In this document: piece after piece, positions 63,760-64,000 of the stretch
Layout of the letters: every line of letters starts with the position of its first letter
How positions within the stretch are numbered: position 1 is the stretch's first letter
Sequence record: PQ898602.1
Length of the DNA: 64,000 nt
Reading direction: 5' to 3' (one strand)
Notes under the pieces: generated by a model
Seen by the model: only the letters and a program-made list of their open reading frames with translations
Told to the model about the DNA's origin: nothing
Database searches by the model: none
Made by a program: the position numbers and the translations under genes

Positions 63760-63845
63760 ACCACGAACAAACACAACAGAATCACCCCGAATCGGAACAA
63801 CAACCACATCCAGAATCAGAACAACACGGGCACGAAGAGTCATGA
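63756..63845 (+). CDS. 29-aa His/Glu/Gln-rich peptide with HPESEQ repeat
   Basis: ATGA coupling at both ends. Confidence 0.4.
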   Translation: MNHEQTQQNHPESEQQPHPESEQHGHEES

Positions 63846-64000
63846 TTCACCACGTCCAATTGTTTGTTAGACATACTATGGAAAGTCCATGGGGGATAGG
63901 TATCCTGTCCCTCGCATTGGTAGTGGTTCCTATCATTGGGATGGATTTAGTTCATAAGTATGGTTGGGAACATTGGGAACCATTTAATAAACCATTTGAC
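63842..64000 (+). CDS. Small membrane protein, 3'-truncated by window edge
   Basis: MIHHVQLFVRHTM..PW..GILSL.LV.VPIIG..LVHKYGWEHW. Confidence 0.65.
   Translation, partial: MIHHVQLFVRHTMESPWGIGILSLALVVVPIIGMDLVHKYGWEHWEPFNKPFD

Overview
This window is a 64-kb segment of a T4-like marine cyanomyophage genome (Kyanoviridae type, most likely infecting Synechococcus). It is almost entirely coding and mostly on the + strand. It holds the core replication/recombination module (gp46 partial, gp45, gp44, gp62, regA, gp43, uvsX, gp41, gp61, nrdA, nrdB) and a CobS/CobT-like MoxR AAA+/VWA pair. Auxiliary metabolic genes include purS, hsp20, ndhD, an unannotated ndhP, PTOX, talC, zwf, gnd, mazG, a class II aldolase, cytidylyltransferases and about six 2OG-Fe(II) oxygenase-like domains. 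A minus-strand late cassette encodes a collagen-like fibre, a subtilase, a cupredoxin-like protein and exported proteins, and there is a five-tRNA array with an unexplained structured RNA inside it. The most striking unexplained pattern is a set of late-expressed, low-complexity proteins with T4 capsid-targeting-like leaders, built from basic modules separated by EE-x-x-[ILV]-x-E sites. These look like prohead-protease-processed cargo polyproteins, and one carries a nucleotidyltransferase. All calls come from motif recognition by eye; no database searches or folding programs were run.
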